Shown: positions 24,806 through 36,910 of the stretch, piece after piece | Layout: every line of letters starts with the position of its first letter | How positions within the stretch are numbered: position 1 is the first letter of the stretch | Source: Selaginella moellendorffii | Taxonomy: Eukaryota > Plantae > Lycopodiophyta | Direction: 5' to 3' | Assembly (NCBI RefSeq): GCF_000143415.4 | Contig: NW_003314327.1 | Location: 149,116-213,115 of the forward strand | Length of the DNA: 64,000 bases | Translations under genes and position numbers: made by a program | The notes under the pieces: generated by a model | What the model was told of the DNA's origin: nothing | Databases searched by the model: none | What the model saw: only the letters and a program-made list of their open reading frames with translations

Positions 24806-27800
24806 TCATGCAGCGGATTCTACAGAATCCGCTGTTTGGACGGATCCCGCCACCGTGAGAAGATAGTCACAGTACTGGCTGCTCTGGTGCTTGGACCGGA
24901 CTTCCGTGACAATTTCCACGACCAAAGCGGGGCGTTTTACTGCGCAAACCTCGACAGCTTTGCAAACCGACTCCTGTGGAGAGAAGTTGCTTAGGCTAAA
25001 TGACTGCAAATTATTGCTTGATAGTACCTTGATTTGCTGGTTCTGGTCGTCCATGTGTAGGACGAGACTGCTTAGACAGCTCTTGAGCTGCAGCGTTCAG
25101 AGGTAAGTATCATGGAACAAAATTCGATTTTATCCCACCTCTGTGCCAGGGTATGCCGGAGGAAGCGTGCTCAGAAAGAGGGACAACGATCTTAATATCC
25201 CAAGACGGACGCCATCATTGCTATCGTCAAGTCGCTTTTGGAGAACTGCTCCGATCTTAACTCGGTAGTCATCTGTAGGAAAGCACGGACGATCGTAAGA
25301 AGCAAGGCCTACATTTGAAAAGCTACCTTTTAAACTGTTTCCGGCAATGCGAATGATGTTCTCCATGACATGACAAGTAACTCGTCGCGTATCAACGTAG
25401 AAATCTTCCTCCAGACAGGATATGACAACAGGCAACGTTTCCCCCGTTTCCAGGATGTCATTCAGATCTTTCTGAAAGACGAATGTAAACATCAAAGTCA
25501 TATGTTAAAGGAAGCACTTACCTGAGTACAAAGACCGCGTCTTAAATACGTCCCAACTGCAACCATAGCCGCATGTCTGACTGCAGCTCCAACCTGTAAC
25601 AAGCGCTTTAATCATCTGAAATCCGTTCCCGAATGTCCAACCTTTCCTGCTTGCCATATGCCGCATGGAATCAAAACACTGACAATGACTTCCTTTGCTA
25701 AGGAGCTCCACCAAGATTCAAGGCCAGAAGTTTCAAATAAGTCGTCCAAAAGCTAAAGCCATGGAAGTATCAGCAAGTTACATACAAACTTCAATACTTA
25801 CATGCAAAAGAGAAAGACGCAGAGAAGGATCTCTTTGGGGTTTTAGACAGCTCGCAATAATTGGAAGTATCTCCGCTAGATATGAGCCGGCCTGCAGACA
25901 GTAAAGTAAGCACAAGTTCGTTCACATGGTTTGATCACAGTACTAAATGGCCAAAATTCTTCAATACGGCTTCAAAAAGATGTCGTCCTGGCGAGTTTCC
26001 TAGCCATTCCTCGTGTCGAAGGATTGCTCGATCAATCAGGTCCCTTGTGTGACAAGCATACAGCTGCTCCAATGACTCGTAGCCAGTGACATGAGCAAAG
26101 GTTTCTATCAAAGAAGCAGCATCCTGACGTAGTCTGGCATCATCTTGAATACATTGAAGCTGCATTAATAATCAAGTCAGCAAAGAACAACATTCTTCAA
26201 ACAAACCTGTAACAATAAAATCAACATCTCTTTCGAAGAGACTCTGGATATCGGGCCCGCTTTTACGACAACATTGGTTAAAACAGCCAAAAGCTACAAG
26301 AACAGCGTAAGAGAGTGAAACCAAGGAAAAAATAATTCGAATCAAGAACCTGTCGTCGTACTGCTAGGCTTTCATCAAAAGACAAATTAGCTTGACATAG
26401 CCCTTGCAAAATCTGCAAAACGGAACGGTTAAGTTGTCCTACACGAGGCAATTGCATAATACCTGAATAACCAGGCCTTCATGAACATTCTCGTTCGGCG
26501 TACCATAAAGCAAGCCAGCGAATACGACTAATCCATTTGCTCTCTGCAGTTTCCAAGCATGCACTCAAGTGTTTCATATAAACAGTAGCCGTACTTGCAA
26601 AGCTGTAGACCGATCGCTGACTATCGAATCCATGATAAGATCCAACCAATGCTCCGGAGCATTGTTAAACCCCAATATTTGCGAGGATTTTACTACGTGT
26701 TGTGCTACTCGAACATCGTCATCTGCAACAGCACTGAATGCAAATACTAGCTTTTCAAAAGTTAAACTCCAAAATAAGAACCTGCAGAGGGAAGGAATGA
26801 GAACATCCAGGTGTCGAGAGGAATGACTTTCTGCGAACACCTGTTAGAAAAGAAACATGGTAAGGAATAATCACAAGAAAAAGAGAAAATCGTTACCAGA
26901 GTAGTTTGCAAAAGTCGAGCAGCACCCAAGCGCGTAGTAACTGCCCAATCACGAAAATCCTTCGAACAGTCGTAAACTATTTGCTTGAGGTGTCGCTAAT
27001 ATACACAGTAAGTTGATGGTAAGAAACAACTTATGACAGCACAAAACTGATAAACCTGTATCATTAAGCGTGAGCCATAGCCAGGCTCTGTTTCGAAAGG
27101 TAGTGGAAGAACATTACAATCATGCCTCCAGGTCTGTAAGTTCAACGTTATTACATGAATGACACAACAAACGTTACCTTCTCTTGCACCGAATCATGAG
27201 CATTCCAGTGCTTGTAAACTTCACCTACACGATAAACCATTGCCAAAGTCGAGGTAGAAATCTCTGGTGAGTCATCTCCAATTCCAAGTAGAAGCAACGG
27301 CAAGAGCAACGGCATATAGGCCGTCTGATTCTTTGTTTCAGTGATTGGGCATGTTTCATCTGGCTCATACCCAAGCCATAGAGCAACATACTCAAAAAAG
27401 ACCTGCGTACAAAGGATCTAAACCTCCGAGAGAGAGAAAAAAATTGGCTTATTTACCTTTCTCACTGTATCGGAATGATCAAATGCAACCGCTTTGACGC
27501 CCGGAGCAACGTGTTGGGCAATCATACCAGCCGGCAAACCGCATGAAACAACGTCATTGAGTGCGGATACAACCGCAGATCGCACCTGTGCAAAACATAT
27601 CAGTTAAACTTTCTTTTGCAGACATCTCTACAAACCCGTGAGTGAGCGTGCAAAATATTCGGAAGTAGCGCGTGCAGTATAACATCTGCATTCTCGCCTA
27701 TAACATCAGGTGCACGACTGCATAGTCTAGACAGCAGCGCACAAGAAGCTTTTTTAATTTCGTGAAAAGAATCCGATAACGTCACGCAGATTACCTGCAA

Positions 27801-28546
27801 ACGCAGCCAATTACAACACAAAAGAGAAAGAACACTAACGCTGACCCTTGTTATGTGCTCAGAGAACTCACGAACGCTCTCCACTGAGCACTGACAAATT
27901 ATAGCATTGAGCAAGTTGATTAAACTTAGACGTATCTCTTCGGAATGTTCAAGCACTGGAAGCTGCCCTGCCACAAAGTTTTCCAGATTAAAAAAAAAGG
28001 GAAAAATCATCACAGGACGTGATTACCAGTCCGCTCAGCTATTGCAGGAACTATCAAAAATGTTGTTTGCTCCACCTGGATCAAAAACTTTAGTACAAAA
28101 GTATTGGAATCTAAGAAACATACGTCTGCTAAAAGCTTCACAACTCTAGAAATCATGTTCACGGCAGCTTCTCGACACCTCTCCACGGGGTCGTGAAGGT
28201 TTCTTACGACCAGCTTCAGTATCGTCTCGTCCCAAACAATCTAAAACATCAACAAAATTTTTTTTGCTTGGGAGATAAAAAGAGGAAAGAAAAAATACCT
28301 GGAGCATAGCTGGAGAACGAGACTCGGTAACAAGAAGCTTGTCAAGGCGCTCCAATGCCTTTCGCCTGGTGTTTCGATCCGGGTCGGAGAGGCAGTTTAA
28401 ATCTCGCTGGATCGTCTGGAAGTATGAAAATCCATTACTGGAGCTCAATTACCATGGCGCGATTCAATGCGATCGCTTACCTGGGCGAAATCCGCGGCAG
28501 CTATGGCTTGATCCACCGCATTCGAGGGAGCGTCATCGGCATCCAT
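24806..28546 (-). CDS. DNAAF5: Dynein axonemal assembly factor 5 (HEATR2), HEAT-repeat protein, many short exons
   Basis: N-terminal IQRDLNCLSDPDRNTRRKALERL; EHSEEIRL; LSDSFHEIKKASC; HAHSRVR; KRLDDSNDGVR; C-terminal VRSKHQSSQYCD, all as I recall for HEATR2 orthologs. Confidence 0.8.
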
Positions 28547-28653
28547 CGCAAAGAGCAAAATCCCTGCTAGGTAGGCTTAGGGCAACGAAAATTTTAGAGG
28601 AAGAATAAAAACAAACAGTAAAAGTATGCTCTTCTAGGTGTTCTTTGTGAGCT

Positions 28654-29756
28654 ATGGAGTCTCCGTTTAACAGCGAGGCGCTCCAGGGCAAGGTAGCGCT
28701 CATCACTGGCGGAGGATCTGGGATAGGGTTTGAGATTGCCACGCATTTTGGCAAGCATGGAGCGAAGATCGCCATCATAGGACGCCGGAAATCGGTGCTC
28801 GATGAGGCTGTGGAGAAGCTATCCTCGCAATCCATCCAGGTAATTTTCAAAGGGATCAATGAGTTTTGAGCTGGATTATCCCAGGCATTGGCAATCGAGG
28901 GGGACGTCCGCAAGGAAGAAGACGCAAAGAGGGCGCTCGATTCGACAGTAGCGAAATTCGGGAAGCTTGATATTCTGGTGAATGGAGCTGCGGGAAATTT
29001 TCTCTGCCTTGCCGAGGATCTCTCTGTCAACGCATTTAGAACAGGTAGACGATTCTTCTTTCTTTTCTTTCTTTTTCTTTTCTTTTGTTTCATCAGTTCT
29101 AACACTGAGAAAAAAAATGCAGTTCTTGAGATTGATACTGTTGGTACGTACAACATGAGCCACCATGCCATGCATTACTTGAAGAGCGGCGCGCCAGGAA
29201 AGAAATCCGGTGAAGGTGGTCTCATAATCAACATAACAGCCACTCTCCAATTCTCCGCGGCGTGGTTCCAGACTCATCTAGTTTCAGCAAAGGTAAGAGC
29301 TCGATCTAATATACCGTCTAAAAGAGTTTGCATTTTCGTTTCTCAATCCAGGCAGCGATTGACAGCATGACAAGAAACTTGGCCCTTGAATGGGGAAAAG
29401 ATTATAACATTCGAGTGAATGCTATTGCTCCAGGACCGATCAAAGACACTCCAGGAATGTCTAAGCTTGCTCCTGACGAGATAAACATTCGAGACAGTCC
29501 TCCTTGGGGAGAGAAATGGGACATTGCCATGACTGCCATTTTCCTAGCGTCAAGTGCTGGTATGTTGGTTTTGCGATGGCATTTGTTAACTCTTTCATTT
29601 TAACCAGGCAAGTATGTAAATGGAGCGATTATTCCTGTGGATGGTGGAGCCTGGTTTCACAGACCTCCACACTTTCCAAAAGAAACCATTCGTTCGTTGT
29701 CGAGAGTGGTGGAGAAGAGATCACGAGTCGGTTCTAATACCAAAAGCAAGCTGTAA
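28654..29756 (+). CDS. Peroxisomal 2,4-dienoyl-CoA reductase (SDRb-like)
   Basis: MESPF..GKVALITGGGSGIG, LVNGAAGNFL, EIDTVGTYNM, LALEWG.DY.IRVN.IAPGPI.DTPG, VDGG; ends in PTS1 -SKL*. Confidence 0.93.
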
Positions 29757-29957
29757 GTATACGATAAACTTGTTTAAAATAACACATTTCTTTCGCAATA
29801 TAACACCATTTTTATTTTTATTTTAACTCGGTTTTTTTTTTCCTGCTGATATATATTTTGCGTGTGAGTTTGAAGTTGACTTGAGCGTGGAAGCATGGAT
29901 TGTGGGAGTAGCCATCGATTAGCCAAGGTACTCTTTGCTAAATACTCCAGTAACATA

Positions 29958-31159
29958 CTAACTTCTTGACTCGCAGGTGAACGAGGCTGTGAAAGAGTTC
30001 GTGCCGAAAGACGAGTTTTTTTGCTTCCTGGTCCCCCAAGAAGGCGTACTGTCCGTAATGAGTGCGTCAATCGACTTCTGAAACCTTGCAAGACTGTTGC
30101 TGTCTTGAAGGCCTACAAGAAATCGCGTTACGGTTTGCATGGTGGGCCTCGCTTCTGGTAGTTCATCGCAGCAGGACATGGCCATCTCCATTACAGAAAG
30201 CATTTGTTCCTGACAGAGCAGTTCCTGCTGCAGCTGTGGATCCAGAACATCAGTCCAGCGACCGCTATCGAGAGCTTCTTTCGTCCAGTCTCGCAAAGTC
30301 AGGCCATCACCGAACTCAGCGCTCGTTGGAGACTTTCTGGTTAGAAGCTGCAGCATCACGATTCCAAAGCTGTAAACATCTGCTTCTGGCGACGGTTTCT
30401 CGCCTAAGAAAACCTCTGCAGCAAAGGTAACAAATGCCGTTTTCGGTACGTAACGCTCTAAAAACTTTACGTTTTACCTGGAGCAGTGTAGCCTGGCGTG
30501 AGCAGGAAACTGGTGATTCTCTTCTTCTGCCGCAACTGCTGCTCGACAGTTTTGGCGAAGCCAAAGTTTCCGATGTGTGCCTCAAACTCGTCATCGAGCA
30601 GAATGTTGCTGGGATTCAAGTCGCAGTGGACGAACTGCTGCTTGCAGTTGTGATGCAAGTAAGTGAGACCTTGCGCAACTCCTACGGCTATCTTGTACCT
30701 CTTGCTCCAGTCGAGACTAATGTAAGTGTGCCTCTGCTGCAGCTTGCTCTGGAGGCTTCCCTTGGGCATAAACTGGACAATGACCGCCATGAAGTCGAGA
30801 TTCGAGAAGTAGCCGAGAACTGGCAAGATGTTCCTGTGCCTGATGCGTCCCAGGACATGCAACTCCGTGAAGAAGCTCTTGTGTCTCACGGGACGTAGCT
30901 CTCGTCTTCCAAGCTCCAGCTTCTTGACAGCCACAACGTTTCCGTCAGGAAAGACGCCCTTGTACACGGTGCTGAAGCTCCCCCTGTCCAGGATGTTGCT
31001 AGTGCTAAAATTCCCGGTAAGCGCCAGGAATTCGCTCTCGCTAAACTTAAGCATCTGTGGCAGCCGGAAGTAAGAAGAGCTATCATCGCCATCGTCGTCG
31101 AAATCGCCGCTGCGCATCGCTGCGTGAGAGATGAAGCTGGGGAAGAACTGTGCAAGCAT
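29958..31159 (-). CDS. Receptor-like cytoplasmic kinase (LRR-XII/XI-like kinase domain, no ectodomain), probable pseudokinase
   Basis: Two exons (31159-~30477, ~30416-29958); LDRGSFSTVYKG, VAVKKL, RHRNI, HCDLNPSN, IGNFG, TPGYTAPE, DVYSFG, RPTM. Confidence 0.85.
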
Positions 31160-31845
31160 CGAGCTTAAGAATCGTCGCCTCTCGTTTGATCCGATCGTTG
31201 CGCTACGAGACGCGTTGAAAGTCCTCGTCAGGCACAGGAACGCTTGGCTTTGTCGTCGGCCTTTACGTATTGTGTAAGTCGTTTGAAGCGATTTTTTCTA
31301 GATTTTCTCGTGTAAAAATGACTTTTCTTCTTCTTCCTTTCAGACCTCGCGAATGTTTCTTTTTTTTTTTTCCCACTCCCAGTCACACGACGCGGTGCCA
31401 AAGTTCTTCACAACAACAAGTGGTTCTTCGCAAGACCCGCATCCCTTTCACAAATTCAAATATTTGAATTGATTCCAATAGAATATGCGCGGCTTGTTTG
31501 TTGTGGGGTCGGATATTCCAGCACTGGAAAAGAAGGGAGGATTGAGAGAGTTCTCTTTCACTCGTCTCCAGGCGCGGCAGATTGGAAGGCGCTTCTCTAG
31601 ATCGTCGCCAAGAGCGTGGCGCCGCGGCGCTCGATCGAATGCCATAGCTCCAGGTAAGCGCTTGCGCCATTCCCTAAGCTTTCTGACCTAAATGCGTTGC
31701 TCCCGATGGATCCATGGCTGGCAATGCTTCGTTGTCTCTTTCCTTTGCTCTAGAAATCACTTGTTCTTGATTGTCCTGCCTTGATTTCCTTGGAGTTCTT
31801 TCTTATGCTTCTCTTGTTTGTAATGCCAGCTCTTTGGAAGAATAA

Positions 31846-33350
31846 ATGGACGTAGCTCCTTTAGCTGGTGTCACTGGAAGGTATGTGGCTGCTGCTTCTT
31901 CTATTTTTTTTACTTTCTCCATCTTTTCTCAAAGTTGGCTTCTCTGGAAGCAACTCACAGGCTTTCTTGCCTCCAAACGAAATGTTGCGAAGCAAGCGTA
32001 AGATCGAAGAGGCAAAAGTTCCAAGTTTGCAATGGGCGATGCATTCCAAAGTCGTGCTCCGTGGTGGCGTTCCCTGCGACACGGCAGAGCTTTCAGCACA
32101 GTCCGGCGTGTAGGTTTCTAGCTCTCTCCGTTCGTCTCACGGAAACGTCCGTGGTGCAAAGCACGTATGTCGAAGAGCCTCCAGAGCGGGAGGATCAAGA
32201 CAACGACTTCGAGCAAATTGACTTTGCACAGAATGGAGCGTCTTCCAGCAGCACTGACATTTCCTCGGTCCCGTCGGATCGCGCCGAGGTACTGCCATCC
32301 TTTTTCTTCTCCTTCCTTCGTCTAACAGGTTTTTTCTTCTCATTCTTAAGTTGCATGCCATAAGAACGAATTACATGAGGCAAAAGCTCTTGAGGAAACT
32401 TAGCGAGGTGAATCAATACAATCGTAGCCTGCAAAGAACGGTGTGCATTTTTCTTCTCACTTTGGTGGATTTATGCTAATGTTTTGACAGGTCCACGAGT
32501 CGAATGATACGCTGCTCAAGTGCAAAGCGGAACTGGCGACGATGGAGCTAGAACTTGGTGTAAGAAAGAAAAAATCCACCATTTCCTTCTTTTTCATCCT
32601 TGATACCTTTGTACATTACAGGTTCTTGTCAACTTGGCCCAAGAGGTTGCAAGGGAGGGAGGAAAGCTTGGATCTCGCAAAATCAATGGCAGATATATCC
32701 AGTCACACCTTGCTCACAGGCTCGAAGGTAAATTCTCGATAACTTTTTCAGAAAAAAAGCGCTTCCCTTTTTTTCTCAGATATGCACAGTCGCTTGACAT
32801 CACAAATCAGAGACGTGGATTCCGTGAGCTTGAGAGACGTTACACTAGAATGGTATGGAGTGGCAGAGGTACTAAAGTACTGCATTGAGGAACTCTAGCC
32901 GAGCGAATCTATCCACTTATCGATTTTTCTCTATTGTCTCAGGACGTGCGAGTGATGGGATCCTTCGATGGCTGGACCGAAGGCGAGAGTCTATCTCCAG
33001 AACACACTGGAACATACGCAAAGTTCTCAGGCCTTCTCAAGTTGAGGCCCGGCCAGTAAGTTTCAGATCTCTCTCTCGATTCTTAGCTAAGGTTTCGTTC
33101 TTTCGAGTGGATTTTTCAAATTTTTTCTAGCTAGGATAGAGGAGTTCTTTTGATTTTGGATTGTTGCAGTTACGAGATTAAATTCGTAGCTAAGGATCAG
33201 ATTTTTCTTAGAAGTTCTTTTGATTTCGATTGGTTTTTTTCTTGCAGTTACCAGATTAAATTCGTGGTCGATGGAGTGTGGCAAGTTTCTCCTCAGCTAG
33301 CCACTATTGGCGAAGGCCTTACTGTGAACAACTTACTTGTCGTGGAGTAA
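31846..33350 (+). CDS. PTST1: PROTEIN TARGETING TO STARCH 1-like (coiled coil + CBM48)
   Basis: Transit-like N-terminus; coiled-coil exons (LLRKLSEVNQYNR, KINGRYIQSHL); CBM48 MGSFDGWTEGESLSPEHTGTYAKFS..LRPG.YQIKFVVDGVWQVSPQ..GEGLTVNNLLVVE*. Confidence 0.85.
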
Positions 33351-33437
33351 AGTTAACTTTTTACTCTAAAAAAAGTAGAGTGTTTAAAGCGATTATACAA
33401 ATTGTTTTGGAGGCATATTCCCGCTCAAGAACCCCAG

Positions 33438-33452
33438 TTAGGGTTAGGGTTT
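33438..33452 (+). promoter_or_regulatory. Telo-box upstream of CCT2
   Basis: ttagggttagggttt about 25 bp before the ATG; telo-boxes are typical of plant protein-synthesis and housekeeping genes. Confidence 0.55.
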
Positions 33453-33475
33453 ACACTCCAGTTCTTGCGACAGCG

Positions 33476-35633
33476 ATGGTGAGCGTTGTGATCATGTATC
33501 GCGTTTCCTGAGCGTTTTTCTGGCAGGCCGATAAGCTCTTCAAGGATGACGCTGTGGAGGAGAAGGGCGAGCGCGCCAGAATGGTACTGTTACTGCGGTT
33601 CTTAGATGTTTACCTGAGATTTCTTTGTGTTTAGGCGTCCTTCATTGGCGCTTTGGCCATTGTGGATCTTCTCAAGACCACATTGGGTCCGAAAGGAATG
33701 GTAAGTGAGAATGCTAGTTTTCAGTAGCTGCGGAGTTTAATGCTTTCGTTTTTTTCCTGAAACTAGGACAAGATCTTGCAATCTACTAGCCGGGGACACT
33801 CTGTGTCTGTGACAAACGATGGTGCGACGATCTTAAAGTCGCTGCACATCGACAATCCAGCTGCCAAAGTCCTTGTTGGTAATGTGAAGAAGAGAGTGAA
33901 GTTTTGTGTTTTTATGTTTTCTCACTTGATCGTTTGTTTGATCCACAGACATTTCCAAAGTCCAAGACGACGAAGTTGGAGATGGAACAACTTCGGTGGT
34001 GGTCTTGTGCGGGGAGCTTCTGCGTGAAGCAGAGAAGCTTGTGAACTTGAAGATTCATCCGATGACAATCATCGATGGTGAGCATCTGTGTGGCTTCCAG
34101 CGGATTGATTGACGGACGGTTTTTGCAGGCTACAGGATGGCCGTTGAATGTGCTCGTAGTGTTTTAGAGAAGAGGACCCGGGACAACAGAGCTGATCCAG
34201 GTCTGTTGGCACTGCTTCAATTTTTAGAGCTCAGTCTTGTGTTTGTCCATTGCAGAAAAGTTTCGACAAGATCTTATCAATATTGCTATGACAACTCTAA
34301 GTTCAAAAATTCTTTCTCAGGAGAAAGAACATTTTGCCAATCTTGCTGTGAATGCCGTGATGCGATTAAAGGTAATTCTTTGTTTAAATGCATCAACTAA
34401 TCAGGCCTCTGATAAAAGGGAAGCGGGAATCTAGAAGCCATTCAGATAATCAAGAAGGCAGGCGGTTCCTTACAAGACTCGTTTTTGGACGAAGGGTAAA
34501 CAAGTGTCTCTGTTGCGTTCTCCTTTCTGACAATTTGTTTCGCTAGATTTATTCTTGACAAGAAGATCGGTGTTGGCCAGCCAAAATCGATACAGAACGC
34601 CAAGATTCTTGTTGCCAACACGGCAATGGACACGGACAAAGTAAAGATATATGGCGCACGCGTCCGAGTCGATGCCATGTCGAAGATCGCGGAGATCGAG
34701 GCTGCTGAAAAGGACAAGATGAAGCAGAAAGTACAAAAGATACTGGCTCATGGAATCAACTGCTTCGTTAACCGGCAGCTGATTTATAATTTCCCGGAGG
34801 AGCTGTTTGCGGATGCTGGCATAATGGCTATCGAACACGCCGACTTTGAGGGAATCGAGAGGTTGGCGCTGGTTACAGGCGGCGAGATTACATCGACATT
34901 TGACAATCCCGAGTCTGTTAAGCTGGGACACTGCGATCTCATTGAAGAAATCATGATCGGAGAAGATCGACTTATTCGTTTCTCCGGCGTAGAAATGGGA
35001 GAAGCGTGCACAATAGTTCTCCGGGGTGCAAGGTATGCATTGCCTCTTTGTTCTTTGTGAATGCTAACTTTTTGGTTTTACTTTTTTGTAGCACTCATGT
35101 CTTGGACGAAGCTGAAAGGTCTTTGCATGATGCACTATGCGTGCTGTGTCAAACCGTTCAAGACAGCAGGGTCGTTTGGGGAGGAGGATGGCCGGAGCTT
35201 TTGATGGCAAAGCATGTTGACGAGCTTGCCAGGAAGACCCCGGGGAAAAAATCACTGGCTGTAGAATCTTTTGCTGCTGCTCTCCGAGCAATCCCGGCCA
35301 TCATCGCGGACAACGCTGGACTAGACAGTGCCGACTTGGTTTCACGCTTGAGAGCGGAACACTCCAAAGAGGATTGCATGTCCGGCATTGACGTGCTAAC
35401 TGGAGGGGTAAGTGTTTTCTTACTAGAATTGAGTTTGTTCTGTAGCTAGAGTTGAGGGGGGTTGTTGACAAGCGCTGGCCATGCAGGTTGGTGACATGGA
35501 GCAGCTTGGAATTTACGAAGCTTTTAAGGTGAAACAGGCGGTGATATTATCCGCAACCGAGGCTGCCGAGATGATCTTGCGTGTTGACGAGATTATAAAG
35601 TGCGCGCCTCGGAAACGCGAGGAAAGGATGTAA
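33476..35633 (+). CDS. CCT2: T-complex protein 1 subunit beta
   Basis: [83 protein letters not shown]; first coding exon is ATG only. Confidence 0.97.
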
Positions 35634-35702
35634 TAGCTTTCTCTTTTTTGTCTTGGTTTCTTTAATCCATTTTTGTTGCGCAATTGATATGAGAGCGTTG
35701 AG

Positions 35703-36826
35703 ATGTTTCGAGTCCGCAGCAGCGAGATGGTTATCATTCCAGTGCTGGTAACTTTGCTCATCCTGTGGAAACTAATGTGCTCGTCACTGCGCAGCAAGAG
35801 GTCCAGGTTCTTGAAAAGCTTAGATCCAATCCAACAGGCCTACACTCTGTACGCGCTCACTGCCTTCGTGGAATTTCCATTTCTAACCAACAACGCTCTC
35901 GAGTTCGCGATCTTTCGTACGGTATGTGATCCCTTCCATCTCCAGCATTCTCGTTCGCACAGGACAGCTTACTGGTGCCACTGCCAAGCGAGCGGAGGAG
36001 ACGGGCATAGTGTTCCAGGAACTGATTCTCCATGTCGACAGTCACCGTGGATCTTATGCCATTGGAAGGGTGAACTTCGTGTATGGTCGCTACAGGCCGT
36101 CTTTACGCTCTCGCCCTCTTCGTTCTACAGCCTGCTAAGTGGGCCTCCAGGTGAGAGTTCTCTTCCTTGTTGCTTTTTCCTCTTTTTGGAAGTTTCTTTT
36201 TTGTCTTCAATCTTTTCCTCTTCGGCAAAACCCATGCTCACGTTCTTCGTTTTTAGATTTTGCTTTAGAGACTGGACTGACGCCGAGAAGCTCGCAACTT
36301 ACACATTATGGCACGATATTGGCACCGGCATGAGGATCAAAGGCATCCCCAGCACACTGCAGGAGCTCTCCGACTTCAAGGGCGATTACGAGCGTAAAAA
36401 CATGGTCTTTGCAAAAACCAACAGGGAAATTGTGCCACGGTAGAACTGGTATTGTCTACTTTTCCATCCGTTCTAAAACCTCTGGGAAGAAGGGTTTCTT
36501 GGACGACCGGCTCCAAGAAGCTTTTGGCTATCGGAAGCAAAACTTCGTCATCACACTGGTCGTCTCAAGTTGGTGTTCCGGAGCTCAATATCGATGCTCA
36601 TGCCTCCGAGACAACTCTCCTTCTCGACTGCCAAGATAGTTCCAGATTCAAGTGAGAATCCAGGAATGGACGACCCGGACAGTCTCCTGCCACTAAAGTA
36701 TCACAGTTACAAGCCTGCTTCTTTCCAAACGGCTACCGCCTCAGCGAAGTTGGCTTGACACCCGGAAGAATCTCCACGCCAACTTTTCCCGGACCACTCT
36801 TATGTCCACTTCGAAAGGCGACGTAA
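35703..36826 (+). pseudogene. DUF2236 / MpaB-like (Lcp-fold) oxygenase, frameshifted
   Basis: EFPFL..ALEFAIFRT|Y.IPSISSILVRTGQL..KRAEET; AIGRVNFVYGRY; EKLA.Y.LW.DIG..M.IK.IP; LDDRLQEAFGY; FPNGYRLSEVG. Frameshifts near 35921 and 36720 and apparent internal deletions. Confidence 0.75.
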
Positions 36827-36910
36827 GTTGGCGGTGTCGTCTTCTGCCAGCCAAGTAACATCAGCACACTAGAGAAGCAGCAGATAGGCAATATACTTTT
36901 AGTTTCCGCC

